A DNA stretch of 64,000 nucleotides from Eledone cirrhosa (GCA_964016885.1 OZ024742.1:296236001-296300000), one strand, 5' to 3'. Positions 24,274-38,784 are shown, numbered from the stretch's first letter. Notes: a model not told the origin generated them from the letters alone. Translations and numbers: made by a program.

Positions 24274-24670
24274 TTAAGCTGCCCATTTTTATAATAATTT
24301 CAGAGAAATATACTGTCAGAAAGAGAGAAGGTTTGAGTGCTTAGTTAATTCGACTGCAAATTAAACCTTAAACCTAGGACAAAACTTGTTAAAAGATATA
24401 ATGCACATTGAGTAATACGGTCATATATACAGCTGCAGCATCACACACACATACAAGCAACAGAAAACGAAGAGCAAATCACAATAAAATACAATGAAAA
24501 CCGGAAATGCCACCATTACGTTGCTTCTCAAAACCATATCCACACACTTAATACTTCCAACATTGGAAACTTCAGTCAATATATACACAGAGAACACACA
24601 TTAATAACAAATGTAGCTATTGTAAACAGTGCAAACATAGCACAAAGAATATATATATATATACATACAT

Positions 24671-24744
<74 letters not shown>

Positions 24745-25901
24745 CGATATAACGCTAACGGCCTGAAAAATACCTTTATTGACTGCACATTGCATAATAC
24801 AGAAAGCAATGACAATTAACAAAAGCAGAGAATTCAAACAGAAACAAACTGATTAAAAATTGTATTTTGATAGTCGGGATATAAAGCTGCATCGTTTCTT
24901 TTACTGCTTGGTTAGTAAAGCCATTCAAGGGATTGGTAAAGTTGTTAAACTAGACAACGTATTAAATAGGCCACAGTGGATTTGGCCTTAGAACATAAAG
25001 GGACACTCTAAAAATTCCGCCAATTCACCACCATAGACGCATGCTTTATTTTAACGACCCCCCCCCCCCCCACACACACACCAAAAATAAAAAATTGACC
25101 TCGGTGGGATTTAAATTCAGAACGCAGAGAGCTGAAACAAAAACTGCAAGGCATTCTGTTTATGCTCTAATGGCTCGGCTGAGCCATTCTTACTGCACCA
25201 GGCTGATTAAACATTTTCCATTGATCACAGGTCTGCTGGATATCAGATTTGGACTAGGGCTAAGCAGCAACAACAAAAATAGGAAACAATGCTACTAAAC
25301 TAACAAAGGACACCTACCATTCATTTCACTTTACACCCTATAACGTAGAACAGGCCAAATGACATTTCGTTACCCAATATTTTGTCTCTCTCTTGGGTTC
25401 CGCACGAACCACTATATCCATTTTTCTGGTATTCCCTTCTTATACATGTTCTTCGTGTTGACGTTGGTTTGCAAATGTTCAAAAGCTACTTTAATCGCAC
25501 CAGACTAGGAGGGCATCTGAAGGTCATAAGCTGAGTCCCGTCCTTACAGAACTCAAGTGATTATTTTGACGTGCAGTTGACCCCTGTTTGTACAATTCTG
25601 AATCTACTTTTATGCAGTAAATTTATATTTTATGTCAAATACTATATGTGTTTATATGGTAAATGCTAGTTAAAAGATGTTAAGCACTCACAAAATGTTA
25701 AAAATAGCTCTTTAAATGCTTCTCAGACTCAGAGAATAACACTAGGTCATACTAGCTGCCGCAAAGATTCTAAAGTTTTGTTAAAATAAATACTGCCGAA
25801 CCCATACCATTATTTTATGGAAATCAACTACTAAACTAAATTTAATTAGACATTAAATAAAGCAAACAATTGGTTTAAGAAGATAATTTATTCATATAAT
25901 A

Positions 25902-26001
25902 TACAGGGTGGCCCAAAAGTCACTAAATGATTTCAAAATATAACTATTTATAATTGTAAAAAAGTTATATTTTAAAATGTTCTAATGACTTTTGAGACCA
26001 T

Positions 26002-26007
<6 letters not shown>
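25902..26007. mobile_element. Tc1/mariner-type MITE
   Basis: TA-cagggtggcccaaaagtca ... tgacttttgagaccatccta-TA imperfect TIRs with a palindromic interior. Confidence 0.6.
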
Positions 26008-26067
<60 letters not shown>

Positions 26068-26068
<1 letters not shown>

Positions 26069-27148
26069 TAGCATTAAAGCCCGGCGTTGCTCGGGGTCAG
26101 TAAGTTACCAAAGTTAGGTTGCACCACCCATTTTATGGCAGCACTTTTTTGTCTGCCAGGCACTGGGTGAATGAATTGCAGACCTGGACTGCCAAAGCAG
26201 GAGCCGCGCCACCAGTGACAATTGTAGTTTCGCCTATGGATATTATCTCTGTGCAAAGAAGTATTGAAATTTATTGTTTCACAGTACTTGCGCAACACGC
26301 GCGTAGACGATGCCAGCCGAACAACAGAGCTGCGATGGAGTTGTTCTGCATGGTTGTCTAATGTGTGTTTTCTAAATTTAAGACAGTAGGGAGGGGTGTG
26401 ATATGGGGGAGAGTTAGCTGCTGTTTCTAGCAGGTTTAGTGACCACATAGAGGATATTATTGTGTATAGTAAATGAACTGATACTTCTTTCTTCCACGTT
26501 CGTTGATAGATGTTTTAAAAAAGATTTATCGCTATTTTTGTTTTGTTGAATAAGTTTGTCTGTTGCTTTTGAATATGGGAGAGAGTTAGCTGCTGTTTCT
26601 AGCAAGTTTAGTGACCTCATAGAGGATATTATTGTGTATAGTAAATGAACTGATACTTCTTTCTTCCACGTTCGTTGATAGATGTTTTAAAAAAGATTTA
26701 TCGCTATTTTGTTGTTGTTGAATAAATTTATCTGTTGCCTTTGAATAATTGTTGTTTCGTATGAAATGTAATAAGTTCTCTTTGTCATTGAAGTAAATAA
26801 ATGTTTTCCCGTTCCACACTAAAAAATAAACGTTCTCTCTCTCTCTCTTTCCCCCTCTCTCTCTCCCCCCTCTCTCTCTCCCTCTCTCCCTCTCTCTCTC
26901 TTAAAGTTTAAGGGGAGTAGAGAGAGGTTACCTGATTGTATTAGAGGGGTAAAGCGTCATGTATTTAGTTTTATCGATTATTTCCGTAATTGTGGGTGAG
27001 TGTGAATGAAATAAATAGTTGACCCAAGTTAGAATATTTACAACATTCTTACAGACTTTGAGTCGAATCGGTTTGAAATTGTGCAAATGTATAAACATGG
27101 AACATGTACACACACACACACACAACAACAATCTGCCTTTTATAGATA
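26068..27148 (-). mobile_element. Non-autonomous Helitron-like element with an internal ~175 bp tandem duplication (26395-26745)
   Basis: The minus strand starts TCTATAAAAGGCAGA and ends with a GC-rich hairpin cccgagcaacgccggg followed by CTAG|T. Confidence 0.65.
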
Positions 27149-27150
27149 AT

Positions 27151-27337
27151 TGTTTCTACTTTAGGCACAAGGCCAGCAATTACCCAGTGCATTACTGGTA
27201 CTTTATTTTATCGACCCCGTAAGGATGAAAGGCAAAGTCAACCTCGGCGGGATTTGAACTCAGATCGTAAAGGGACGTAACTATGCTGGAAAGCATGGCG
27301 TCCAACCCCTTACCGATACTGCCAATCCACCGCCCTT
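27151..27337 (-). mobile_element. tRNA-derived SINE with a 17-bp target-site duplication
   Basis: Same family as 9139. Flanked by tgccttttatagataat at 27134-27150 and 27338-27354. Confidence 0.9.
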
Positions 27338-27349
27338 TGCCTTTTATAG

Positions 27350-27704
<355 letters not shown>

Positions 27705-28542
27705 AACTTTTAATAAAGGACATCTTAGCAAGCAGAAATTCAAAACTTCTTTCCACGGAACCCACATTGAACATCTCTGGTCAGTATGCTAGCAAGAAAC
27801 CGCAATAACCCTCCCCAGGTTATAGAATAGGAAAATAAATGTAATGTAATTAATAGTTTCTAATTTAGTCACATGGCCTTTGTGGGGATCAGTAACTCGA
27901 TTTCACCGACCCCGGTTTTTAAATAATACCTTATCTAATCAAATCTGGAAGGATGTAAAGCAGGATTTGAACACCGAATTTAAAGAGTCGCAAATAAATC
28001 ATTTTGTCCTTTGGCTGTGTTATGATTAAAAGAAAGAAAAAGAGGGGACTGATTATCAGAGCAGAGCAAAGAAACGAAGCTGATATTATCTGCCGGTCGC
28101 AACTTCTGGCAGAAGGAACAACGTAAAATAAAATATTTTGCTCAATAATATAATGCGCCTCTCGGTCTAGGAATCGAACCAATGAACTTATAATCGTGGG
28201 TTCAACACCATAATCAGTTGGCTATGCTTGCATTTATTATTTGAAAACCAAGTGTGATGGACATTATGTGAGAACGTTTATTATAAGATGTATGGAAAAG
28301 AAACCCCGCCTCAGTTCGTTTCCACTAACATAGGAATAAATCAATGAAGTGCATTCCTTTGGTGTCTTTCTGAAGGGCGGAGGATTGGCAGAGTCGTCAA
28401 TCTGTTGGAGGGAATGCTTTGTAGCATCCATTCCAGCTCTATAAGCTCTGAATTCAAATCCTACTGGAGCCAACACTGCTTTTCATCTTTTTTGGTTTGA
28501 TAAACGAAATACCAGTGAAGCACTAAGGTTCATTCCTCTCCA

Positions 28543-28632
<90 letters not shown>

Positions 28633-29273
28633 TCTCTTTCTTTCTTTCACACACACTCTCTCTATTTATATGAATCCGCCAATTGTAATGGCCAGGAAAG
28701 GATCTTTCAAATCGCGACCACAACAATCTTTTCATCACCACACTGAGTAAACACGACAAGAAAGAAAAAAAAAACATGAAGTATAGAACCATCGATACCT
28801 AAGATGGCGAGAAAAGTTTTAAAAGTAAAGAAGACAAAACAGAAATATTTATTATATAACACGGTGGTATATTGATTTATTTTGGATTAGACTGTCGACC
28901 AATTCCATTGAACTCACGTAGATATCTAGAGATCAGCCACCAGTCGAGATGTGCCTGAGGAGATCAAGGAGCAGCATCGTACCTCTCAACATTGAACAAA
29001 TAATCAATGGCTAAAGAAATTCAATAAGGTTTTAACATAACCGAGCAAATTAATACACATCTTTTAGCTACGTTAAATGTGGTGGTGGTGGTGGTGGTGG
29101 TGGTGTGTGTCATCTGCAAAATTGTTGTAAATAATATCAAAATAAAAACATTGTTATACATACACAATACATACATACACAATACATACATATACATATA
29201 TACATACACAATACATACTTATACATATACGTGCACACATACACGCATACATACATACTTATACACACACACG

Positions 29274-29710
<437 letters not shown>

Positions 29711-29754
29711 TTGTACTGTATAAATATGTGTGTTGGACCTCCGTCAATTTTGAA

Positions 29755-30035
29755 GATGAATATTCGAGTTGTTTGATCATCGGAACAGTCTGCTCATATG
29801 ATTAACGTGCAAGTGGCTGAGCATTCTATATACACGTGTAGATTTAACGTGATCATGTGGGAGATTCAGCGAAACACTGTGTGACAAATTTGGCTAATTG
29901 AATTACATGTGCAGCTTAATGAATTGAAACAACGTAAAATAATGTCGTGCTCAAGGCAAAACGTGTCGTTGTGAATCGAACTCACGACCCTACAGCCGTG
30001 AACCGAATATCATAAACACAAAGTCACTCGTCTTC
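29755..30035 (-). mobile_element. Degenerate second tRNA-derived SINE family
   Basis: Reverse strand shows gtgagttcgattc..ttgagca. Related copies lie at ~28110-28230, 38030-38560, 39340-39450 and 50972-51090. Confidence 0.55.
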
Positions 30036-30054
30036 ACTATATACATATACATTT

Positions 30055-30505
30055 AGTGGTGCTTTCACAAAGTTTTGAGATTTCTTCGGGAGAGACATTT
30101 ATTAATTTCAAAGAAGTAAAAAAATCTAATCTCTTTTAAAGTAGGATCCGCTGACTTCAATGAACTTGTTGTATTGCTCCAACCACTTTGTGAAGGTCCC
30201 CTGGAAGTCCTTCAAAGTGAATGTGTCCAGTGTCCCTTGTCACAGCCTCCTTCACCTTTTTAATATTTTCAAAGCGACTGCCCCTTCAGCTTGGGGAACA
30301 ACCAAGTATCACAGGGAGTAAGGTCTGGATTGTATGGAGGGTGAAGAGACAGTTTTGATGTCCATCTCTGTCCTTCCTTCTGTTTGTCACTGAGCACCCT
30401 GGAAACAAACTTTGCAAACATTTCGTGCATATTCAGATATTCATGAATAATTCTGTGCACAGTTGCCACACCAACTCCAAAGTGTATTTCTGTCTTCAGC
30501 ACAGA
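30055..30505 (-). pseudogene. Mariner transposase remnant (internally deleted)
   Basis: TVHRIIHEYL.M....AKFV.RVLS..QK and HPPYNPDLTPCDTWLFPKLK (YSPDLAP motif). Confidence 0.85.
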
Positions 30506-31351
30506 GCTAGTCTGTCGAAATGTTTGTAAGAATAAATGGAGAGGAAAGAGTAAATGATAAGGAAATTCTAGATAGAGTGGGAGAATGAACAGAAGAAGAA
30601 AACATTGACTGTGTTCGATGTTTTCTGTGTAACATTTTCTCTCCAGCCATTCTTATGAATCTTTCAATCCTTAAATATTTGGCAGACTAGTTCTCCGCTG
30701 AAGACGCCCATGAGGCTGAAATATCCATATCTATCTATTTAGTCTAATAGATTTTTTGTCGGAAATCCTAAGCTAGTCAATGTACACAGTTTAGCAAACT
30801 GAGGATACAAGGTTTTGGCAATCCTTGCTCTGAATACATTGACAAAATTACTAAGCCTGTATTTTCCCCTACACAGTTCAGAATCTCCCATGTCAAATCA
30901 TGTGACTTGTCATAATACTATACGATATTTCTACAACGCTGCTCTGCAGCAAATATATTTAATGAGTAGCAAATATATTTAATGAGCTCTAGAACTGGAC
31001 CGGTTTTCGGTTGTAAATTATATCACTTGTCTGTACTGTTGATTTATGATCTGCATCTCTCTAGGATTTACTAACATATCTTTATTCAATGATCATAGCT
31101 TGAGATCAAAACGGGGATGAGCAAAAGCTGCTGTGGTCAGATGAAACTATATAATTGTCTCAGTCATACATGAATGTGAAGAAGCCAACAAGACCCTGGA
31201 GCACCACATTGTCTTCTCTCTACTACCCAAACCATGTAGCTCAAAAGACATTGCGGACTTTAATGAAAATACACACAGTTATGTTAAGAACTGGAAAATT
31301 GTTATACGAGCACAGTGCATGCTTCAAAGAAACGTCGAGAAGCATCGACAG

Positions 31352-31740
31352 TCTTCTTCTTCTTCTTCTTCTTCTTCTTCTTCTTCTCCGATCATTAGCT
31401 GACGATTGTGAGAGGCTGTCCTCTCAACCAATACGCTGCTGTGGGTACCGCTGGATAATGGACTCTGATGATGTGATGTTCTTCCACGCTTTCCCATCAA
31501 TGTCGTTGACCTTAGCATGGTCGAGATCGAGATGCTGCGATTTCAGCTCCTCCTCGATTTGATTCTCACATGTCTTCCTCGGTGCACCGTGCTTAATTTT
31601 CCTGTGCATGGGTCGCTGTCGTGACAAAAGTTGGTGTGGTAGTCTTCCGGTGCTCATCCTGCAGACGCGGCCAAACCACCGTATCCCGTGTTGCCAGATT
31701 TGATCTTCAATGGTCGGCTGCTACTGGCATTGTTCTCGTC
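31352..31740 (-). mobile_element. RTE-like LINE 3' fragment with a (GAA)n tail
   Basis: RWFGRVCRM..RLP.QLL...GAPRKT. The (CTT)n run is at 31353-31388. Confidence 0.7.
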
Positions 31741-32741
31741 AGTAAAAAACTGAAAGAAAAAATATAACGAAATATGCTTCTCTTTCAGATTATCATTTCT
31801 CACTGAAACTCTATGAATATGTTCCTTACCCATCCTTGCTGAAAATAGAAACAGGATTACACTTAGACATACAAGACATGTTTCTGTTGTATTGTTTTTT
31901 TCAGCCGAGATTAACAATCTCTCTCCCAAAGAAGAAATGCAAGAAATAAGCCATTGTATTTTCAGTGACATAATTCTATATTGTAAATTGTCCACCCATT
32001 TTGTATAATAATACCGATAACAAAGAAAAATCGAAGATTCGATTGCTTGTTGTTATTTTTTCTGCTATACTTTTATCCCGAGATCTATGTAATCAAATTT
32101 ATGTATGAAAAGGTTGGGATAATATTAGAAGTTAAGCTAACTAGTCACTCGAAAAAAAAAAAAAAGAAGAAAAAAAATGTCGATGAACACAAACACAGAG
32201 ACACAAACGAACAAAAATTAAAATAACGGAGCTGCACTGTTTTATTATGTCAGACAAAAATGAGTGAACTTTATCAGCGAAACAATTGATAATAGGGTAA
32301 TGAACAATAGATATACAAATGAGTATATATCTAGTGTGAAATGGTTGAATAAATAGAGAGATAAAACAGTATTTGGCTCCAGCAATGTCTTTCATCCTAC
32401 CCTTTACTAGCAACTAATGAACTGAGTCTTTTCACGGTTGATAACGAATGTCGAAGACAGGCGTTAGAGAGCTATCGCCATCTGTTTCGTATTTTTAAAA
32501 ACTTTTTGTTGTTGTTGTCGCTGTTGTTGTTTTTACTTTCTTTTCCTTTCTACTCGCAAGCAGTAAAACTTAGATGATTAAAATTATTAGTTTATTGTGC
32601 TTTTATTTTATTATTCATTCTTACACCCCTCATACATACATACATACATACATACATACATACATACATACATACATACATACATACATACACAGATACA
32701 CGCACACACACACATGCGTGCACACATATAAATGAATATAA

Positions 32742-32772
<31 letters not shown>

Positions 32773-33510
32773 GTGAAAAATTGAACGGGAACAAAACAGA
32801 GAGGCAGTACGAACAAAGGTTTATTAATTTCACGCTCTTGAGAGTGGGATATATATAGATATATAAACATAGAGGTTGACTTAAGAACCATTTGGGAGAC
32901 TTTCAAATTTGAAATGTGTGTGCCCCAACGCAAATCACCATAACAATAATAGATGATTATAGATAAGAGTTGAGAAAATCAGACAGAATTCCCTAGGAGA
33001 CTGAAACAGAAAAGTAGATAGAGGTGCCTGCGAGGAATCGGACCCTGTATCAATTAAGAGGTGTGCGGTTCGATTACATAGATTAATTGTCTATGGTCAC
33101 TTGAGTCAGGTTGCATACATTTAGAATTAGAATCACATATATTTATTCATGAGGGCTCTGTCCCTACGATCCTCTCAGGAATAAGTGGGTGAAGAAGAAA
33201 AAGAGAAGATAAATTATATATATATAATGTGTGTATATATATATATAAACGGAAAAAATGAAACGAAATTTCATTTCCCACTCTTAGTACGGCTGTTACT
33301 TAAATATAAGTATGTATACGTACATACATATATGTATACAGACGTACAGTAGTATGTATATATATACATACATGCACACATATATATATGTACGTATGGA
33401 TTCACCAAACATTCATTACAATGCTCGGTGTATTTTTTAAACAAACATCCCGTATTAAGCCGTAGTGTCTAGCAACCATCGTTGCTCGTTTGTTCAACAC
33501 TGACAAAAGA

Positions 33511-33553
33511 ACGCTGTACTAGTTTCAAGCTTATTAGCTATCGTCAGCAACGT
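33511..33553 (-). ncRNA. Minimal hammerhead ribozyme motif
   Basis: Reverse complement of the motif at 33723-33765. Confidence 0.8.
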
Positions 33554-33722
33554 ATACCTTCCTGCCAGATGATTGAACGTCTGAAAGTATATACTTTCCT
33601 TATGCATATTAACGGCTGAGTAGCCCAATTTGCATATCGAGTGAGTTAATCGGCCGGGTGCACCGAAAACGATAAACGGAAGTATATACTTTCAGACGTT
33701 CAATCATCTGGCAGGAAGGTAT

Positions 33723-33765
33723 ACGTTGCTGACGATAGCTAATAAGCTTGAAACTAGTACAGCGT
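33723..33765 (+). ncRNA. Minimal hammerhead ribozyme motif
   Basis: acgttg-CTGACGA-tagctaataagctt-GAAA-ctag-TA-cagcgt: 6-bp stem I, agct/agct stem II, palindromic ctag stem III. Confidence 0.85.
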
Positions 33766-33970
33766 TCCTTTGTCAGTGTTGAACAAACGAGCAACGATGG
33801 TTGCTAGACACTACGGCTTAATACGGGATGTTTGTTTACAAACACACCGAGCATTATAATAAATGTTCGGTGAATCCATACGTACATATATATATGTGTG
33901 CATGTATGTATATATATATACATACTACTGTACGTCTGTATACATATATGTATGTACGTATATATATATA

Positions 33971-36063
33971 CGGGATAACAAGTTATCGTTATAGGCAATC
34001 CACTTAGAGGTAGTCCAGTTAGAGTATTCCGTGTTGTGGATGGTATTAACGTACGGCTTAGTTTGACTCAACAAGACGCTTCCATAGTGATGCAGCGAGT
34101 TCACGGTGATTTCTATGTAGGTTATACTTGGAGTAATAATAATTCAAGAGATAAGAGTAACATGGTTGTCTGTACAATAAGGGCTTTATTCACAGTGCTG
34201 ACAATTGTTTCTTTGATCTGGTAGGTCTAGAGTTCGCTAATCGCTAGATGTTGCGTCAATCGAACCCCAATACTTTGTTTATAACCAGTTAATTCATCAG
34301 AACGAGCGAATGTGAGGATAATATACAAGGCATGGCTTTTATAGAGGAGTTGTATTAGACCAGAACAATAATATCAATAACAAAATAACTAGATACTGAA
34401 TAGTTAAATTAATAACATCAATATAAGTGGGAAATAGAATATAATGATAAAATGATAAAACTAGCATGGTAACCGAAGTGATATGATACAAATGTATGAA
34501 GTTGACATGTGAAAACTACTATAGGTTACTTTAGATGTAGTTTTTGAGGGATGAAGAGATAACTAATAAAATGTACCCAGAGTCAGATTTTTGGAATCTG
34601 TCCCTTTAAGTTCAATTATGAGTGATTTAGATACAAGTGTGTTGTGGGTCTAAAGGCACGCTAGCAATAAACCGGAGATTAATTTATGGTCTGACAGATA
34701 AGTATTTTCGTTGTATTAACTTAGTTATATTGTTAGAGTGAGTGTATAAAGATATATGGTTCTTAGGTGGTATTAAGTGAAATTGTAGATTCAGTATTTT
34801 AAGGTTTAGGTGGCTTATTTTAAATTTTGGGATTGTTATTTCGAATCATAGGGGTTTAGTTTTCACAACTTCGATGACAAATAGCGTATAATTAAGACAA
34901 TAAATCAACTGTTAGAGATGATGGGTTCATCTGTTAGAGATCATGGGTGCTAATGTGAGATATGTAGATATAATTGTTTGGTGCAAAAGAATAAACAACA
35001 GCAAATGATTTATGAGCTGACATGATAATTGGTAAGATGTTTGTAGATATTACTGCCCATCTTGGTGATATAGATGTAGGGAGGCTGGAAGATGTTTATA
35101 AAAGATTATGGTTCTTAGGTGGGCTGTGTGAGAATGTGGATTTCATACGCTAAATTCTAAGTGATTTTCCATTAAGTTCGGGGATGCTGGTTCGAATCAC
35201 GGTGGTTTAAATCTCGTAAATTTAGTAGCAATCCTATGTCTGCAAAAAATTGACTTTTCTATTTTGCTGTTAAGCAGCATTTTATCGTACCTTAAGATAT
35301 GTAGTAATTCAAGGTTGCAGAGCCCACAATGGGACATACCGCTGCTATAGGCCTTTGCGGCCGCTAATTTCGACCTGCTAATATTGTAATCAAGGTTTTT
35401 GTCCCTAAGTTGCCAGATTCTATTGGCGAGAGTTGTGGAATTGCCCAGTGCACGGTTCTTCATTGAATGTCTGTGTACATACCATCTTTTTTTAAAAACA
35501 CCCGCGGTGGATCCAATGTAATGCCAGGTAGAGTTGCCCGAGTTTACAGTAGACATGTACACTAAGCTAGAATCCAGTCATCTATTCGCTAATGGGCACT
35601 TATCTGGTAGATGACAATTGTAGTTTGAAGTATTAACAGCAAAATAGAAAAGTCAATTTTCTGCAGACATAGGATTGCTACTAAATTTACGAGATTTAAA
35701 CCACCGTGATTCGAACCAGCATCCCCGAACTTAATGGAAAATCACTTAGAATTTAACGTATGAACATAATTCTAAGTACATTATTTTATTACCCTTACAC
35801 TCCTTTAAACTCTTATTTTCTTATTTTCTTCTTATTATTATTATGATCATCTCAATGTACCCTATCCCTAATTTTATTCATCATGTTCTCTATCTATTTA
35901 CCATGCATATTTTATTGTTGATTTATTGTCTTAATTATACGCTATTTGTCATCGGATTTGTGAAAACTAAACCCCCATGATTCGAACTAACAATCCCAAC
36001 ATTTAAAATAAGCCACCTAAACCTTAAAATACTGAATCTACAATTTCACTTAATACCACCTAA
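33971..36063 (-). mobile_element. PLE remnant: GIY-YIG C-terminus (35197-35630), 3' UTR, and inverted copies at 35635-35765 and 35917-36063
   Basis: YIGST...FKKRWYVH...TTLA..IW.L...CGLCNLE...LLN....CRH. The 3' part is related to 54956-55548. Confidence 0.8.
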
Positions 36064-37196
36064 ATGTGGGTGCTAGGTGCTCTATCATGTTAAAACTGGT
36101 CTTTGTGTGTGTATGTGTGTGTGTGAGAGAGAATAAGTGGAGGTTGAAGCATGTGTGTGTTTGTGTGTGAGTGTGCGCGTGTGTATGTGTGTGAGAGAGA
36201 GGGCGGTGTAAATGTGGGGCTAGGTGCTCTATCATATTAAAAATTGGGTGTTGTGTTCTAGTCTATTATTGATTGGCGGTTGCGTTTTGTCTATAATCAG
36301 TGCTTCCTTAATTCTAAGATTGCCGAGGTTTCTTTCCCTAGCTTCTATCCCAACTGTTATGTTTTTGTCGGTGTTTTTGCATTTCACTAGGTGTTTCTTA
36401 AATGAGGAAGCGTTAGTATTGAGGTGTCTTTTACTCTCATGTGAAGTGGTCTGGTGGTGATACCTATGTAGAAATTGCTGCATTTGTTGCACTCTAATCT
36501 GTATACGACGTAAGCCTGGTGGCATAGGTCTGTGTCGTTGATGGGGCAGTTGGCTAGCCTGCAGCGGCTGTCTTGTCTGGTGGAGTATCTTTTGGTTAGC
36601 TGTCCGCGTAGAGAAGGTCCTGAGTGGGCTAGTTGGATATCTAGTCCCTCTCGTCTGATAGCTCTGCGGATGGCTGTTGTTGTTTCGTCACTGAAGTGTG
36701 GGAGCTTCAGGAAGCAGGTGATAGTGCCTCGGGTGTGGTGTCCTCTGTTGTTTCTGGCACGGTTCGCGGTGGACGTCGGATATCCAGTTTTAACATGATA
36801 GAGCACCTAGCACCCACATTTACATATAGACATATCCTCTCACACTCACACACACACACACGCATACATACGCCTTCACGTATTCTCCCACACACTTAAA
36901 CATACATGTACAAAACCCCTTTTAAAGGGAGACAACTCTTCATCCACCTAACCTTCAATCTTTGACATTAGAGATAGAATGGAATCTCTATACCATTTCC
37001 TGTCAGCATGACTTAGCAAGCTAATTAGAACACTGGATTAAGCCCTTTACTTTCCTCCGAAGAAGAGATATTATCTCGAAAATTAAGGATATTCAAATAA
37101 ATTTAAGCTAAAAGACTAATTGTCAACAATATCTTTTGCATTTGTATTTATATTCTATATCCATACCTGCATTGTCTTGGCCTTTCAACTCCAAAC

Positions 37197-37200
<4 letters not shown>
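36061..37200 (-). mobile_element. PLE remnant: RT thumb and GIY-YIG (36232-36785) with an inverted pLTR from 36784
   Basis: LKLPHFSD, C...CP, VVYRLEC..C..FYIGITTR.LH.R..HL and IKEALII....PPIN. The segment from 36784 mirrors 36061-36099. Confidence 0.85.
37053..37089 (+). ncRNA. Hammerhead motif with a core mutation (CCGAAGA)
   Basis: tcct-CcGAAGA-agagatattatctc-GAAA-at-TA-agga, with AATAAA shortly after. Confidence 0.6.
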
Positions 37201-37242
<42 letters not shown>

Positions 37243-37264
37243 GTGTGTGTGTGTGTGTGTATAA

Positions 37265-37300
<36 letters not shown>

Positions 37301-37301
37301 G

Positions 37302-37348
<47 letters not shown>

Positions 37349-37377
37349 GTATATATATATGTGTATATATATATATG

Positions 37378-37480
<103 letters not shown>

Positions 37481-37692
37481 CACTGTCTGTGTGTATATAT
37501 TTATAAGTGCGGTGTGAACAGGCAAATTACTATGTCCATCCATCCACCTTTTTCTCTAGATTTCAACATTTTCTTCTTTTTTATTAGATTTCCGTAAATC
37601 GAATTCCAGACATTAATTAATTGATAAATATACTCTATTGTTATTCTGAACGTTGGTAGAAATATTTTACAAAATCTATCATCTTTGCAATA

Positions 37693-37951
37693 CAGGGGCG
37701 ATGGAAATATTTCTGAATTAGGGGTGGGTCAAATTTGGTCAATTTAGTTGTAGTGATTAGTTTAGCTGTTATTAACAAATATCAAACAAGATATAAAAAA
37801 AATTTTTCGATATGCGATAAACATAACATGTACATGAATTGTTGCGCATATACAAATAAATGTGTGTTTTGGTAGTTTGCGGAGAAAAATATAATTATTG
37901 AGGCGGGGTACATGGCTCCTCTCACCCCTACCACCAGTTCCACCGCTCCTG
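37693..37951. mobile_element. hAT-like MITE with an apparent 5-bp TSD (CAATA)
   Basis: TIRs caggggcgatggaa / ttccaccgctcctg (12 of 14 match). caata lies at 37688-37692 and 37952-37956. Confidence 0.6.
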
Positions 37952-38149
37952 CAATAGGCCTGTTAGATGTTTTAATTTTCAATAACGAATCAGGTTGTAA
38001 TTAAGTTAACACGTAAAATATAAATGCGCAAGCAGAAAAGTGTCTGGCTTCGTGGTTAGCACGTTCAGACCGCAATCGCAATTTTGTGAGTTCGATTTCT
38101 CCGATACTATGGCTATGTGGTGAGAATATATTAGGAAAGAAACGCTGTA

Positions 38150-38350
38150 CAAATTTTACGGGCAAACCCAACTGGCAAGAGACCCATGGGAAGACTCCGA
38201 GAAAGATGTTTGGATAACATCCATGAACTTGGCTGGTCACGTTTAAGGATCCAGCCAGATCAGTTGGAGAAGGCTGCTTCTGACAGGATCTGCTGGAAGG
38301 GAGAGTTTGAGGACTCTGCCCCTATGACCCTCTCATGAAGAAGAAAAAGA
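38150..38350 (+). mobile_element. RTE-like 3' fragment with a GAA tail, inserted in a SINE
   Basis: Homologous to 45075-45365. Confidence 0.65.
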
Positions 38351-38721
38351 AGGATCCTGGCGATGCACTATGTTCTTGAGCATGTCACTTCATTTCACGC
38401 TTACTACAGTCCACTCAACTGGAAAAAAATTATTTAACTCAATTTCACGCTGAATTTTAAGAATACACGTGTTTAGGGAATGCTCAGCCACTTACCCAAT
38501 AATTACATGAGTAGGTTGTCCCGTTGGTCAAACGACTGAAACAGTCGGAACCGATAAAGGTCAAACACACATTAGCATAAGCATGTCAATCTAGCTACGT
38601 AGCAGCTTAGGGAAATGCCTTACATATAATCTCACGTTGACCTACGCCCTGTGGGAGAAAATGGCTAAATGAAAACTGCGTGCGTATTTATGTATACACA
38701 CACACACACACACACACACAT

Positions 38722-38763
<42 letters not shown>

Positions 38764-38784
38764 GTGTGTGTACACACACACACG

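Larger units (their letters stand above)
33315..33962. mobile_element. ORF-less palindromic PLE-derived unit (arms 33315-33599 and 33678-33962)
   Basis: The arms are near-identical reverse complements and each carries a hammerhead motif. Confidence 0.85.

Noticed and set aside
30696-30730. CTGAAGA-cgcccatgaggct-GAAA-ta-TC hammerhead-like string
   Set aside because: Stem I does not pair. It may be a decayed copy, so it was not called.
32380-32485. Possible small minus-strand exon (DGDSSLTPVFDIRYQP*)
   Set aside because: There is no polypyrimidine tract, no recognisable homology and no partner exon.
34270-34306. Minus-strand CTGATGA in a PLE 3' region
   Set aside because: No GAAA or convincing stems, and the homologous copy at ~55390 is also broken.
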